A DNA stretch of 64,000 bases from Candidatus Poribacteria bacterium (GTDB lineage Bacteria; Poribacteria; WGA-4E; WGA-3G). A program made the translations under genes and the position numbers. The stretch covers positions 1,152,001-1,216,000 of the forward strand of contig OZ251518.1 of NCBI GenBank assembly GCA_965242965.1, written 5' to 3'. Within the stretch, counting starts at the first letter, position 1. Each line of letters starts with the position of its first letter. Under the pieces are notes generated by a model, which worked only from the letters and a program-made list of their open reading frames with translations, was not told where the DNA came from and did not search any database. This document shows, in pieces, positions 19,965-30,314 of this stretch.

Positions 19965-20485
19965 TGAGGGTGTTTCATAAATCGCTCAACGCCGCGGGGA
20001 CAGGCCTCCGCGATGCGGTAAAAAACGCCTCCCTTCACGTAGGGCGAGGGACAGGCCCTCGCCATGCCTCGATCGGCACGGAAAACGGCCTGGGTCGGCG
20101 TGCGTTTTTCGCGCGGGTCGGGCACTCGCGGGGGACAGGCCCCCGCGCTCCGGGAAAAACAACGTGCCGCATACCGTAGGGCGAGGGCCTGTCCCTCGCC
20201 ATGCCTCGATCGGAACGGGGAATGGCGTTGGTCTGCGTTCGTTTTTCGCGCAGGTCGGGCGAGCCCGAACTACAGGCTCCTCAAGGTCCTTTAGGACCTG
20301 AAGAGATTTTTTACGGATGCGATCGCGGGGGACAGGCCCCCGCGCTACGGGCCAGGAAGGGGTCCTCCTCGTCATGCGCCGTTCGGGAGCAGGCGCTCCC
20401 GAACTACAAAGGTGATGCGGTCTGGCAGCCAAAAGCATGGCGAGCGGGTTTCCCTCGCCATTGAGCGATTTATGAAACACCCTCA
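19965..20485. mobile_element. MITE/REPIN-like composite element
   Basis: Perfect inverted ends TGAGGGTGTTTCATAAATCGCTCAA / TTGAGCGATTTATGAAACACCCTCA enclosing REP hairpins. Confidence 0.85.
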
Positions 20486-20561
20486 GATTATCCTGCCATC
20501 CGATTTTGAGGGCGGATTGGGACAAGACTTGACACAATCGCGTGAATAAGGAGAACCGCTC

Positions 20562-21083
20562 ATGAACAACAGATTGATGTTCATCATCCTTGCGCTCTGC
20601 GGTTTCTTGCAGGCGTGCGGCGGACTCAAACTGACTGACATCCCCAAAAGCACCGCCGCTCTGCAACTCACCGAAAGCCAAAAGCAGGCGATTCAACCGA
20701 AATTGCAGCTCATCAGCGACATCGTTGAGGACTACAATTTCGAGAAGAAGCAGCTGGAGACAGACTATCAGCTGTTGCGTTCCGGCACCAGACAACGGCA
20801 GTTCGACCGGTATTCTGAAGGCTACTTCGACCCGGGCAGACGACGTGAATTAACTGCTTTCCGAGAAGAAGCGCGGAAATTTATGCGGCAGCGCGAACTA
20901 TTTCTCAAGGAAATCGAGAAATTGTTAAAGGAAATAGCGGCGGAGCTAACAGCGACGCAGCAGGACAAACTTGCGGAACTAAAAATGCCAGAACTCATCA
21001 TCCCGATGATGCTCCGGCCAGATGATTACAACGCGCTTCGCTATATTCCGAATCACCCACTCGGTGGGACAAACCTCTTTTGA
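20562..21083 (+). CDS. Hypothetical helical lipoprotein
   Basis: AGGAG RBS, lipobox LQAC and LT(E/A)xQ repeats (Spy/CpxP-like). Confidence 0.7.
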   Translation: MNNRLMFIILALCGFLQACGGLKLTDIPKSTAALQLTESQKQAIQPKLQLISDIVEDYNFEKKQLETDYQLLRSGTRQRQFDRYSEGYFDPGRRRELTAFREEARKFMRQRELFLKEIEKLLKEIAAELTATQQDKLAELKMPELIIPMMLRPDDYNALRYIPNHPLGGTNLF

Positions 21084-21100
21084 CTTGCAGGTTGTGTTCA

Positions 21101-21889
21101 ATGCACTATTTCCGATGGAAGTGGCACTCACTTCTCCTGATTTCCCTCTGCTTCGCTTTATTGGGCTCTGCCGCTGCACAGGTGAACATTTTCACAGGTG
21201 AAACACTGAAGCAGATGCAGTTGGAGTCGGGATGGTATAACAGCGTCTCGCTTGATGCAACCTATCTCGCTGGCAATACGGAATTGTTGACGCTGATAAC
21301 GCGATGCCGTTCGGATTACCTCGCGAAAACGTATCACGGGTTCGTTTTTGGCAGTCTGCAACTTGGCAGAAAAAGTGGCACGTTTTTCACGAACAAAGGC
21401 ATCGCACATGGACGTATTATCCGAAGAGTGACGCGGCACTTCGCCGTGGAGGGATTTGTTCAGAAGCAATTCAATACCTCCATTCTGCTGAGCGACCGGA
21501 ATTTAGCGGGTGGCGGTGCTCGCTTCGCCGTGATGCCTGCAAGTCAACGAATGAACGTTTACCTCGGCATCGGTGCAATGTGGGAGCATGAACGGCTGAA
21601 CGCCGCGAAGGCTGACGAAATGAACACTCGCATCATCCGCGCAACCAACTATATCAATTGGAGCGGACAGCTCAGCGAACGCATCACTACCAGTGCGACC
21701 GGCTATTATCAGGTGCATGTCAATCGCCTCGCAGATTACCGCATCCTTTTTGAGGGAAACGTCACCTTCCAGTTGACACCGCGGCTCGCATTCCCACTGC
21801 GCGTCAACTTCCGATATGATAGCGAACCGCCAACCAGCATAGAAAAATATGATGTGGAAATTTTTAACGGATTGCGGTATACTTTCTAG
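21101..21889 (+). CDS. DUF481-like outer-membrane beta-barrel
   Basis: Signal peptide, beta-strand pattern, YDSEPP and C-terminal YTF. Start uncertain. Confidence 0.7.
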   Translation: MHYFRWKWHSLLLISLCFALLGSAAAQVNIFTGETLKQMQLESGWYNSVSLDATYLAGNTELLTLITRCRSDYLAKTYHGFVFGSLQLGRKSGTFFTNKGIAHGRIIRRVTRHFAVEGFVQKQFNTSILLSDRNLAGGGARFAVMPASQRMNVYLGIGAMWEHERLNAAKADEMNTRIIRATNYINWSGQLSERITTSATGYYQVHVNRLADYRILFEGNVTFQLTPRLAFPLRVNFRYDSEPPTSIEKYDVEIFNGLRYTF

Positions 21890-21910
21890 AAACACAACAG
21901 GAGTGAACCG

Positions 21911-22858
21911 ATGAAATCAATAGCGAAAATTGTCTGTATCGGGCTCTGTCTCATCGCGATGCAGAACGTCGGGTGGACAGACGGCCATCTACAGATTAAG
22001 GAGACAGAGAAACAGCTCGTCTTAACCGGTGAAATTTCCAAAGCACTCGGCGAATACGATGCGCATTTACAAGGCGCAGTCGAATATCTCCTCTGTGCGC
22101 GCGGCGGCAAGGAATACGAAAGCATTGTTGTCGTGAACGCAACAGCGAAGGAACTTCACGCTGCACTCAACACCCTCGGCGTTGAACCCGGCACGCCGCC
22201 CGGCTACGACATGGAAACCGATGAACCCACTCCGCCGAAAGGGCAAACGGTTGTCATTTCGGTGGCGTGGACAGCAGCAGGGGAAACCCAGAAAGTGCGC
22301 GCGGAGGAACTGCTATTCAACGTCAAAACGCAGAAACCGATGCAACACGTCGCCTGGATTTACACCGGTTCGCGCATCGTGCCAGACTTGGAGAGCGACG
22401 ATGAAGACGCAATGCTGCCGCAAGCGTTCATGAGCAACGATATTGTCGCCTTGAATCATCTCGATGGAAGCGCGCTCTTCCAGAACCCCTTAACCGAAGC
22501 GGCAGAGGAAAATCTCTATCAGAAAAACGACGCGCTGTTACCACCCCTCGGCACACCCGTTCAGGTGACGATTGAGGTGAATCAAAAGATGCAATTTTAC
22601 GTTCTTATCAGCGGCAAGGTGCAAGGTGTCGGCTTCCGCAATTTTACCCAACGCAACGCGAAGGAACTCGGCGTGAACGGCTATGCCAAGAATTTGGCGA
22701 ACGGTAAGGTGGAAGTTGTCGCCGAGGGGGATAAGGCACAGTTAGACGCGTTGGTAGCGTTGCTAAGGCGCGGACCGCGCTACGCAAGGGTTGATTCGCT
22801 TGAAATTGACGAACGTCCCTTCACCGGAGAGTATCAGTCTTTTGGAATCCGCTATTGA
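21911..22858 (+). CDS. Secreted YdjY-like domain fused to acylphosphatase
   Basis: Signal peptide, GGKEYES and WIYTGS; C-terminal SGKVQGVGFR..GYAKNLANGKVEV acylphosphatase. Confidence 0.75.
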   Translation: MKSIAKIVCIGLCLIAMQNVGWTDGHLQIKETEKQLVLTGEISKALGEYDAHLQGAVEYLLCARGGKEYESIVVVNATAKELHAALNTLGVEPGTPPGYDMETDEPTPPKGQTVVISVAWTAAGETQKVRAEELLFNVKTQKPMQHVAWIYTGSRIVPDLESDDEDAMLPQAFMSNDIVALNHLDGSALFQNPLTEAAEENLYQKNDALLPPLGTPVQVTIEVNQKMQFYVLISGKVQGVGFRNFTQRNAKELGVNGYAKNLANGKVEVVAEGDKAQLDALVALLRRGPRYARVDSLEIDERPFTGEYQSFGIRY

Positions 22859-22859
22859 G

Positions 22860-23474
22860 ATGCATCCGAAACCCATGTCTTTGAAGATAGGGGGCATCCT
22901 CCTCGCCGCCGGACTCTCTACCCGCATGGGTGAACCGAAGCAGCTGCTCCCGTTTGGCGAAAGCACCATCGTTGAGACGGTTGTCGACAGCATGCTGATG
23001 TCCAAACTTGACAGCGTTATCGTTGTCGTCGGGCATTGCGCAGCACTGGTTCGGGAAAAATTGGGGACGAGACCGGTTGAAATCGTTTGTAACCCCCTCT
23101 ATCGCGATGGAATGTTGTCTTCCGCGCAGTGCGGCGTGCGCGCGCTGGATAAAACGACAGAAGCCTTCGCGCTCATGCTCGTAGATCAGCCGTTCATTAC
23201 GCCCGCGCTCATTGATACGGTGGTAGACGCTTACGCGCAAACCGAGAAAGGCATTGCCGTGCCGAGTTACAACTATCGCCGCGGCCATCCCGCCATTTTC
23301 CATCGGCGGTATGCCGACGATATCCTCGCGTTAGCCGCAGACAGCGGCGGCGTGCGAACGCTTTTCAAAACGTCCGATGATGACATTCACTACGTTACTG
23401 TGGATACAGAACGGGTGTTGCGGGACATCGATTACCGCGAAGATTACGAACGCGCACTTCAGGGAGCGCGATAA
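22860..23474 (+). CDS. MobA/MocA-like nucleotidyltransferase
   Basis: LAAGLSTRMGEPKQLL, LVDQP, GHP and DID. Confidence 0.85.
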   Translation: MHPKPMSLKIGGILLAAGLSTRMGEPKQLLPFGESTIVETVVDSMLMSKLDSVIVVVGHCAALVREKLGTRPVEIVCNPLYRDGMLSSAQCGVRALDKTTEAFALMLVDQPFITPALIDTVVDAYAQTEKGIAVPSYNYRRGHPAIFHRRYADDILALAADSGGVRTLFKTSDDDIHYVTVDTERVLRDIDYREDYERALQGAR

Positions 23475-23479
23475 ACTGA

Positions 23480-23866
23480 ATGGAGGTTCATATCATCATT
23501 TCACCACAAGAATGCTCGGCGATTATCGCCTACCTCAATGTTATGACAACGCTGAACGGTAAACCGGAACAGCAAGATACGGCAGAGACAGATGTCCCTC
23601 TCATACCGCATCGAGAGGAGAAAGTGGGGAGGCCGCCTGGGCTACCCCGCTTAAAACTGTCGGAGTTGTTAGCGCAAGACCCGGGCTATGCAGAGCACAT
23701 TGCGGCTGTGAAAGCCGCGGGACTCAAGCCGCATCGCGAGGAAAAGAAGGGGCGGCCCCCGGGGCTACCCCGTTTGAAACTGGCAGACCTGCTTGCCACA
23801 GCGCGGGATAAGGAACCTGATGGGGAATGGGACACCGGACCGGATGTGGGTTACGAAATATGGTGA
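23480..23866 (+). CDS. Atypical MazE-like antitoxin with an internal repeat
   Basis: C-terminal EWDTGPDVGYEIW resembles the MazE tail; overlaps the toxin start. Confidence 0.6.
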   Translation: MEVHIIISPQECSAIIAYLNVMTTLNGKPEQQDTAETDVPLIPHREEKVGRPPGLPRLKLSELLAQDPGYAEHIAAVKAAGLKPHREEKKGRPPGLPRLKLADLLATARDKEPDGEWDTGPDVGYEIW

Positions 23867-24222
23867 GCCAGACGCTATATGACACTGCCTATGTCCCCGC
23901 GCGAGGCGATGTGGTGCAGATTAACTTAGAGCCCCAAGTAGGAACTGAGATTCGGAAACGTCGTCCGGCTCTTGTTCTTTCCTCATGGGATTTTAACATC
24001 CAACAAAAGGCAGCGGTTATTTGCCCTATCACTCGCACCGTCAGGGGCACTGATTTTGAAGTTACCGTCCCGGAAGGGCTCGCTGTGGAAGGTGTCATCC
24101 GCGCCGATCAGGTTAAGTGCCTTGATTGGCGGGAGAGAAATGCAAGGTTCTTGACATATCTGCCTGAGGAGACAGTCACTGCGGTTTCCAACCGAATTGA
24201 AGCAATTATCTGGGGAGAGTAA
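23860..24222 (+). CDS. mazF: MazF/PemK toxin
   Basis: YVPARGDVV..PQVGTEIRKRRPALVLS..CPIT..DQVKCLDWRER. Confidence 0.9.
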   Translation: MVSQTLYDTAYVPARGDVVQINLEPQVGTEIRKRRPALVLSSWDFNIQQKAAVICPITRTVRGTDFEVTVPEGLAVEGVIRADQVKCLDWRERNARFLTYLPEETVTAVSNRIEAIIWGE

Positions 24223-24247
24223 CTCCGTTGCATCGTTTGCAACAGAA

Positions 24248-25147
24248 ATGCCGTATCAGATTATGTTTAAATCCATCGAAAACGTCCAAGCCGTATGCCA
24301 AAAGCATGCGTATATCGCCGATAAGGGGTTAGCGACAACCCTTTACCTCGCGCACCATCTCAAAAAGCCGATTTTTTTGGAAGGTGAACCCGGTGTCGGC
24401 AAGACAGAAGTCGCCAAAGTCCTCGCCGAGGCGACCGGGGCGAAACTCATCCGCCTGCAGTGCTACGAAGGGTTAGACGCAAACAGCGCATTGTATGAGT
24501 GGAACTACACACGGCAAATCTTGCAACTTCGCATTGACGAAGCGCGCGGCCGCGACAAAGCCGAAATCGGCACAGACCTTTTCAGCGAGGCGTTTTTGTT
24601 GAAGCGGCCCCTGCTTGAAGCCATTCAAAGCGACAGCGATGTGCAACCCGTCTTGCTCATCGACGAAGTAGACAGGAGTGACAGCGAATTTGAGGCGTTT
24701 CTGCTGGAAATTCTGTCCGATTTCCAGATTACCATCCCGGAAATCGGCACTATCCGCGCCAAACATATCCCCTATGTCGTCCTCACCTCTAATCGGACAC
24801 GGGAGGTGCATGAGGCTCTCAAACGCCGTTGTCTCTATCAGTGGCTCGATTATCCCTCCGTAGCGAAGGAGTTGGCCATCGTTCAGGCAAAATTGCCCCA
24901 AATCAACGAGCAACTCGCCGCGCAGCTGTGCCAAATGATGCAGTTCTGGCGCGAAGGGGACTACTACAAGAAACCGGGTGTCGCGGAGACGCTGGATTGG
25001 GGATTGGCACTCATCGCGCTCGGCAAGGCGCAACTGGACACCGAAGTCATCGAGGAAACGCTAGGGTGCGTTTTCAAATATCAGGACGATATCCAACGCG
25101 CACGCAGCGCGGAACTGAACGTTCTATCTGAAGGGAATGGAAACTGA
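24248..25147 (+). CDS. MoxR-family AAA+ ATPase (CoxD-like)
   Basis: GEPGVGKT, LQCYEGLD, LIDEVDR and TSNRTREVHEALKRRC. Confidence 0.9.
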   Translation: MPYQIMFKSIENVQAVCQKHAYIADKGLATTLYLAHHLKKPIFLEGEPGVGKTEVAKVLAEATGAKLIRLQCYEGLDANSALYEWNYTRQILQLRIDEARGRDKAEIGTDLFSEAFLLKRPLLEAIQSDSDVQPVLLIDEVDRSDSEFEAFLLEILSDFQITIPEIGTIRAKHIPYVVLTSNRTREVHEALKRRCLYQWLDYPSVAKELAIVQAKLPQINEQLAAQLCQMMQFWREGDYYKKPGVAETLDWGLALIALGKAQLDTEVIEETLGCVFKYQDDIQRARSAELNVLSEGNGN

Positions 25148-26859
25148 TGAACCCAGAGAATAAAAACCAACGTGTCGAACGGAAAGAAGGCCGCAATTCG
25201 CGCGCCACTATACCAGTATTCCGGGGCATCGGCTACCTACTCTTGGTGGCAGCCGCCTTTTGCACCATGATTCCGCTCCTATGGCTGTTGGCTTCCTCTT
25301 TTAAAACCGCCAACGAGATCTTCGCCGTTCCGATTCAGTGGCTTCCGAAATTACCTCCGCGCGTTGAAACTTCACCTTACATCGTCACGGATGCCTATCC
25401 AGTGATGAAGAAACCGAAAGCGATGGACGCGGCGACTTGGGAAATGCTCCAGCCGCAACTTGAAGAGGCGATTTGGGAAGAAGTGCAGGCACACCTCTCA
25501 ACGAATGCACGCCTCGCTAATCACATCCCGTCTCCAGAGTTGCGCACCGAGGTAACCGAAGGAATTTGGCACGGACTCCCCGGTAGAGATAGCCTCCCGA
25601 TTGCAGAACCCGTATCCCTCATCACCGAAGTGCAACGCGCGATTATCCCCGAAGCGATTGACACCATCTGGGATGCAGTCTACCGCGAAGTGGCAGTCGG
25701 CACGCTGCAGATAGAAGATGTCCAATTCAACCGCACGTCGGTTACAAACATAGCATGGCAGCCAGCATCGGATGCGCTGAAAAACATTCGGAAATCTGAT
25801 GACGCACAAACGCAAGCCAGCCTCTCATACAATTTTCAGAACGCCGATAGCGCGCGGTTGACAGCGAACGTTACCTCTCCCTTCCCGATACAACAGCTTC
25901 GACTCATCACGCTGCCCGTGCGTGGCGATGCGTCATATCATCGTCTCTCGCTCACAGTTACCGTTGATGGCACGACTTATGAACCGACGCGGCCCTTTGT
26001 GTTAGAGAGCGCGTTGTGGGAGAATGTCGCGTGGCGGTTACAAGGCATTCCCGGTGAACTAGAGTCCTCGCATATCCCGATGCAGCAAACTGATGCCCGC
26101 GCGCAAGGCATCCATACTTCCAAAACGCAAACCTTGAAATTGGAATTGACGCTCAACCAGCCACCTTATCTCGCCATTGCGTGGGACAAGTTCACCGCCA
26201 ACTATCGGAATTTGTGGAAAACCGTGCCGTTCAATCGGTATTTTATCAACAGCGTTTTCATCGCGACCGCGTCAACGCTGCTCACGCTATTTTTCTGTTC
26301 ACTCGGCGGTTATGCATTTGCCAAATACCGTTTCCGCGGACAGAAAATCCTATTCGGCATCCTCCTCGCTTCAATGATGGTGCCTTTTCAGGTGCTGCTC
26401 GTCCCGCTGTTCGGGCTCATGTATGACATCGGCTGGCTGAACAGCTACAAAGCGATTATTATCCCGTTTTCGGTGGGCGCGTTCGGTGTCTTTTTGATGC
26501 GCCAGTTTATCGTCACTATCCCAACCGAACTCCTCGATGCCGCGCGCATTGACGGCTGTTCCGAGTTCGGCATCTATTACCGCATCGTGCTGCCGATTAT
26601 TAAACCTGCACTCGGCGCACTGACTATCTATTCATTTTTGGGCTCATGGAACGGCTATCTCTGGCCGCTCATCATCCTGCGCGATGAATCAAAGTATACG
26701 CTGCCGATCGGTTTGGCGAACCTCGTTGGCATCTATCGCCAAGATTACGGGATGTTGATGGCTGGCACACTGCTGTCATTAATGCCCATCGTTATCCTCT
26801 TTCTAGCGATGCAACGGGAATTTGTGCAGGGAATTACCCTCGGCAGCGTCAAGGAGTAA
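25147..26859 (+). CDS. Carbohydrate ABC permease with a large extracytoplasmic insertion
   Basis: SFKT N-terminal motif and ELLDAARIDG EAA loop, with about 280 extra residues in between. Confidence 0.85.
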   Translation: MNPENKNQRVERKEGRNSRATIPVFRGIGYLLLVAAAFCTMIPLLWLLASSFKTANEIFAVPIQWLPKLPPRVETSPYIVTDAYPVMKKPKAMDAATWEMLQPQLEEAIWEEVQAHLSTNARLANHIPSPELRTEVTEGIWHGLPGRDSLPIAEPVSLITEVQRAIIPEAIDTIWDAVYREVAVGTLQIEDVQFNRTSVTNIAWQPASDALKNIRKSDDAQTQASLSYNFQNADSARLTANVTSPFPIQQLRLITLPVRGDASYHRLSLTVTVDGTTYEPTRPFVLESALWENVAWRLQGIPGELESSHIPMQQTDARAQGIHTSKTQTLKLELTLNQPPYLAIAWDKFTANYRNLWKTVPFNRYFINSVFIATASTLLTLFFCSLGGYAFAKYRFRGQKILFGILLASMMVPFQVLLVPLFGLMYDIGWLNSYKAIIIPFSVGAFGVFLMRQFIVTIPTELLDAARIDGCSEFGIYYRIVLPIIKPALGALTIYSFLGSWNGYLWPLIILRDESKYTLPIGLANLVGIYRQDYGMLMAGTLLSLMPIVILFLAMQREFVQGITLGSVKE

Positions 26860-26863
26860 CATT

Positions 26864-27175
26864 ATGTCAGACTATATCACCGTCACAAAAACATCAGCGA
26901 TTCGCGAAGGGCGCGGCAAAGCGTTTACTGTCAACGGCAGGCGCGTCGCCATCTTCAACGAAAACGGCGAATTCTGCGCCGTTGACAACACCTGTCCACA
27001 TGCCTTGGGCTCCCTCGGCAAAGGCAGAATTCGGAACGGCATTGCGGTGTGTCCGGTTCACGGCTACGCCTACGATACGAAAACGGGTGAGTGCCCCACC
27101 GACCCGAGGCTCCGCATCAGGACATATCCGCTCATCGTCGAAGATGAGGAGATTAAGGTTCTGGTAGAACGTTAA
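26864..27175 (+). CDS. Rieske [2Fe-2S] ferredoxin (NirD-like)
   Basis: CPH..CPVHG. Confidence 0.9.
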   Translation: MSDYITVTKTSAIREGRGKAFTVNGRRVAIFNENGEFCAVDNTCPHALGSLGKGRIRNGIAVCPVHGYAYDTKTGECPTDPRLRIRTYPLIVEDEEIKVLVER

Positions 27176-27309
27176 AAAGGGGGCAACTGCACAAATTCGT
27201 GCAGTGTTCCTCTACTATTTGCCCCTAACGGTGCAAATTACCCCCTTTACCGCGCCGCACGCCCATCTTTTTCTGGCACAGAAATTGCTTGATACCAAAT
27301 AACGTTAAC

Positions 27310-27388
27310 TGAGGGTGTTTCATATCTCGATTTTCCCGTAGCGCGGGGAACAGGCCCCCGCGACGTTAGGCGATTTATGAAACACCCT
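27310..27388. mobile_element. Minimal TIR element with a single REP hairpin
   Basis: TGAGGGTGTTTCATA ... TATGAAACACCCT around GTAGCGCGGGGAACAGGCCCCCGCG. Confidence 0.75.
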
Positions 27389-27433
27389 GAGATAAATTGG
27401 TAAAAGCAAACCTGTAAAAAGGAAACGACACCC

Positions 27434-28228
27434 GTGCAGTGCATACCCACAACTTCCATCGCATCACATCGCGTGACGCGTCTCATCATCGGCGGCAATC
27501 CGTATAGCGGCATCTCGCATCACTCCCCGGCGAAATCGCAGGAGATGGAGGATTACTACACCACCCGCCAAATCATTTCTGACTTGCGGCAAGCGGAGGC
27601 GTGCGGCATTAACACGCTCCTCGCCCGCGCCGATAGGCACATCATGCGAACCTTCAACGAATATCGCAACGAAGGCGGGACACTCCAGTGGATAGCGCAA
27701 ACCCCAAAGGATACCGAATACGCAGACCTCGGTGCCTATCTTGAGATTATAGCGCGCTACAAGCCGATTGCCATCTACCATCACGGCGGGACAACCGATA
27801 AACTCTACGCGCAAGGGAAACTTGCCTCACTACGCGAAGACCTCAAACGCATCCGAGAGCTCGGCTGTGCCGTCGGCATCGGCACGCACGAACCGAACGT
27901 TCTCAACCACTGTTACGCTGAAGGATATGACGTTGACTTTTATGTCTGCGCGTTGTATAATCATACACGTCACCGAGAGTTATATTTACCGAATGACCGG
28001 GGGCAGGCCCTCGCCGCCATCCAAGCGATTCCCGTGCCTGTCATCGCCATCAAGGTGCTAGCCGCTGGCAGAAACGAGCCGCGCGCGGCATTTCAATGCG
28101 CCCTAGAAAACCTGAAACGCACCGACGCAATGGCAGTCGGCATGTATACCCAATTTCAGTCAGACCAGGTGCACCAAAACGCGCGGATTGTCAAGGAACT
28201 GATGAGGACTGAAATTTTTTCAGCGTAG
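27434..28228 (+). CDS. Aldo/keto-reductase-like hypothetical protein
   Basis: RLIIGGNP, GIGTH and IKVLAAGR; the stop is the TAG of a REP GTAG. Confidence 0.65.
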   Translation: MQCIPTTSIASHRVTRLIIGGNPYSGISHHSPAKSQEMEDYYTTRQIISDLRQAEACGINTLLARADRHIMRTFNEYRNEGGTLQWIAQTPKDTEYADLGAYLEIIARYKPIAIYHHGGTTDKLYAQGKLASLREDLKRIRELGCAVGIGTHEPNVLNHCYAEGYDVDFYVCALYNHTRHRELYLPNDRGQALAAIQAIPVPVIAIKVLAAGRNEPRAAFQCALENLKRTDAMAVGMYTQFQSDQVHQNARIVKELMRTEIFSA

Positions 28229-28328
28229 TGCGGGGGCCTGTCCCCCGCATTCTCAAGGCACTGATATTTTTCAGCGTAGTGCGGGGGCCTGTCCCCCGCA
28301 TTGCCAAGGCTGATAAGGAACTCAAATC

Positions 28329-28982
28329 ATGGAACGAATTGTTGAACAAGAAGTCATGGACACAGCGGAAGCCGCCGAAGCATACGACGCAATGGAACAC
28401 GGCGAGGTGGATAACGCCTTCGTTGAACGTGTTCTCGCACTCGGCGCGAAGAGCGGACACTTCCTTGATGTCGGCACGGGCCCGGCGCAGATACCCATCC
28501 TCCTCGCGCAGCGGTGCCCAGAGATTCACATCACCGCGCTCGATCTTTCCAAAGAGATGCTCAAAATCGCGAAACGCCACGTCGCAGCCGCCGCACTCAC
28601 CTCTCGGATAACGCTTGAGCATGTCGACGCGAAAGCACTCCCTTATCTCGATAACACATTTGACGGCATCATTTCCAACAGCATTGTGCATCATATCCAC
28701 GATTCGCTGCGCGCGATGCAAGAAATGAGCCGCGTCGTCAAGCCGGGAGGACTGGTTTTAATCCGCGACCTGGTTCGTCCCGAAACGCCGGAAGCCGCGC
28801 AGGCATTCGTTGATACATACGCCGCCGAGGATACGCCTTACCAACAGAAACTCTATTATGATTCCTTCCTCGCCGCTTTCACCATCGCTGAAGTGAATGA
28901 GATGCTGGTGCAGATGGACTTGCCGGGGGCTGTTGTCGTTCAGAGTAGTGATAGACACTGGTCTGTTGAACGCGCGGTTTAA
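28329..28982 (+). CDS. Class I SAM-dependent methyltransferase
   Basis: LDVGTGP, FDGIISN and VKPGG. Confidence 0.9.
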   Translation: MERIVEQEVMDTAEAAEAYDAMEHGEVDNAFVERVLALGAKSGHFLDVGTGPAQIPILLAQRCPEIHITALDLSKEMLKIAKRHVAAAALTSRITLEHVDAKALPYLDNTFDGIISNSIVHHIHDSLRAMQEMSRVVKPGGLVLIRDLVRPETPEAAQAFVDTYAAEDTPYQQKLYYDSFLAAFTIAEVNEMLVQMDLPGAVVVQSSDRHWSVERAV

Positions 28983-28983
28983 T

Positions 28984-29405
28984 TGCGGGTGTTTCATAAA
29001 TCGTTTTCCCCCGTAGGAGAGACCTCCCGGTCTCGATGGATCGCGCATGCGAGAGACCGTAGTTCGGGAGCACCTGCTCCCGAACAGGTCAAGATCAGGC
29101 GATCTTGACCTACAGAGGAGGGCGGCTCGGTCACCATAGGGCGAGGGCCTGTCCCTCGTCATCGTTCGCACACCCCAACGCTCGCGGGGGACAGGCCCCC
29201 GCGCTACGGTTAAAAAAACGGGTCCCTTCACCGTAGGGCGAGGGCCTGTCCCTCGCCATGCCACGATCGCGGGGGACAGGCCCCCGCGCTACGGGCGGAG
29301 AAAAGCCCTATGGGATAATCGAGACCAGGAGGTCTCTCCTACCGGAAGCCATCGAGACCGGGAGGTCTCTCCTACGGGTGTGCATCGAAATATGAAACCC
29401 CCTCA
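28984..29405. mobile_element. MITE/REPIN-like composite element
   Basis: TGCGGGTGTTTCATAAAT ... ATATGAAACCCCCTCA; flanks GTTTAATT / ATTTAATT. Confidence 0.8.
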
Positions 29406-29488
29406 TTTAATTAATAGCCGCCAGATTTGGAAATATGGTATCATGTTACAATATCACAACTGAAACCGAATTTCAAGGAGAAATGACA

Positions 29489-30235
29489 ATGCGCATAACG
29501 CTTTTTGTTTTATCACTTTTTTCGCTTTTCATCATCACAAGCCTCGGCGTTGCCAACGTTGCCGAAGAGGGGCTCGTCGCTTACTGGCCCTTTGACGAAG
29601 GCACCGGCAAAACAGCGGCGGATGTTACTGGCAACGGCCATGATGGCAAATTCGCCGGCGCGCCCAAGTGGGTGGACGGCAAATTCGGCACCGCACTCGA
29701 ATTTGATGGCGAGGAGGATCACGTCGTCGTTGCAGACGATGCCGAACTCGCTATTGAGGAGAATATCACCCTCATGGCCTGGTTCAGTCCCAGCGATGTG
29801 CTGACGAGCCGCCGCTTGATGGTGAAGAACAACTCCATCTTCGTCATCTTCGATTTCGGCGACAAGAACAGCATAGATTTCCTTGTCAAGCCAGACAATA
29901 CGTTCGCGGAATCTACGACAACCGATTGGAAGATCGGCGAATGGTATCACTTTGCCGGCACTTTCGACGGAAAAACGATGAAGGTTTATGTGAACGGCAA
30001 GTTAGAAGGTGACGCGGCGAACAACGTCCCAATCGCGCCTTCCAACCTTGAACTCTGGATCGGCGGCGATGACTTCGGCCGTCCTACCGACTTTTTCCCC
30101 GGCACCATTGACGAAGTGCGGCTGTATGAAAAAACGTTAACCGAAGCGGAGATTCAGAAGGTGATGGAGACACCTCAGGACGTTGAAGCGCGTGGGAAAT
30201 TGACGACAGCTTGGGGGAAGATTAAGGCACGCTAG
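29489..30235 (+). CDS. Secreted LamG/concanavalin-like domain protein
   Basis: LVAYWPFDEG, GKFGTALEFDG, WYHFAGTFDG and IDEVRLY; ends KLTTAWGKIKAR. Confidence 0.9.
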   Translation: MRITLFVLSLFSLFIITSLGVANVAEEGLVAYWPFDEGTGKTAADVTGNGHDGKFAGAPKWVDGKFGTALEFDGEEDHVVVADDAELAIEENITLMAWFSPSDVLTSRRLMVKNNSIFVIFDFGDKNSIDFLVKPDNTFAESTTTDWKIGEWYHFAGTFDGKTMKVYVNGKLEGDAANNVPIAPSNLELWIGGDDFGRPTDFFPGTIDEVRLYEKTLTEAEIQKVMETPQDVEARGKLTTAWGKIKAR

Positions 30236-30314
30236 CGAATAGATAAATCGGCCGATAGGCGCGCTTTCACAGCGCGCCTCTTGATACCAAATGCCATTCG
30301 TCAACATGCACTGG

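Noticed and set aside
25575-25605. Possible REP remnant inside the ABC permease (CCGGTAGAGATAGCCTCCCG)
   Set aside because: Similarity is too weak and there is no intact hairpin.
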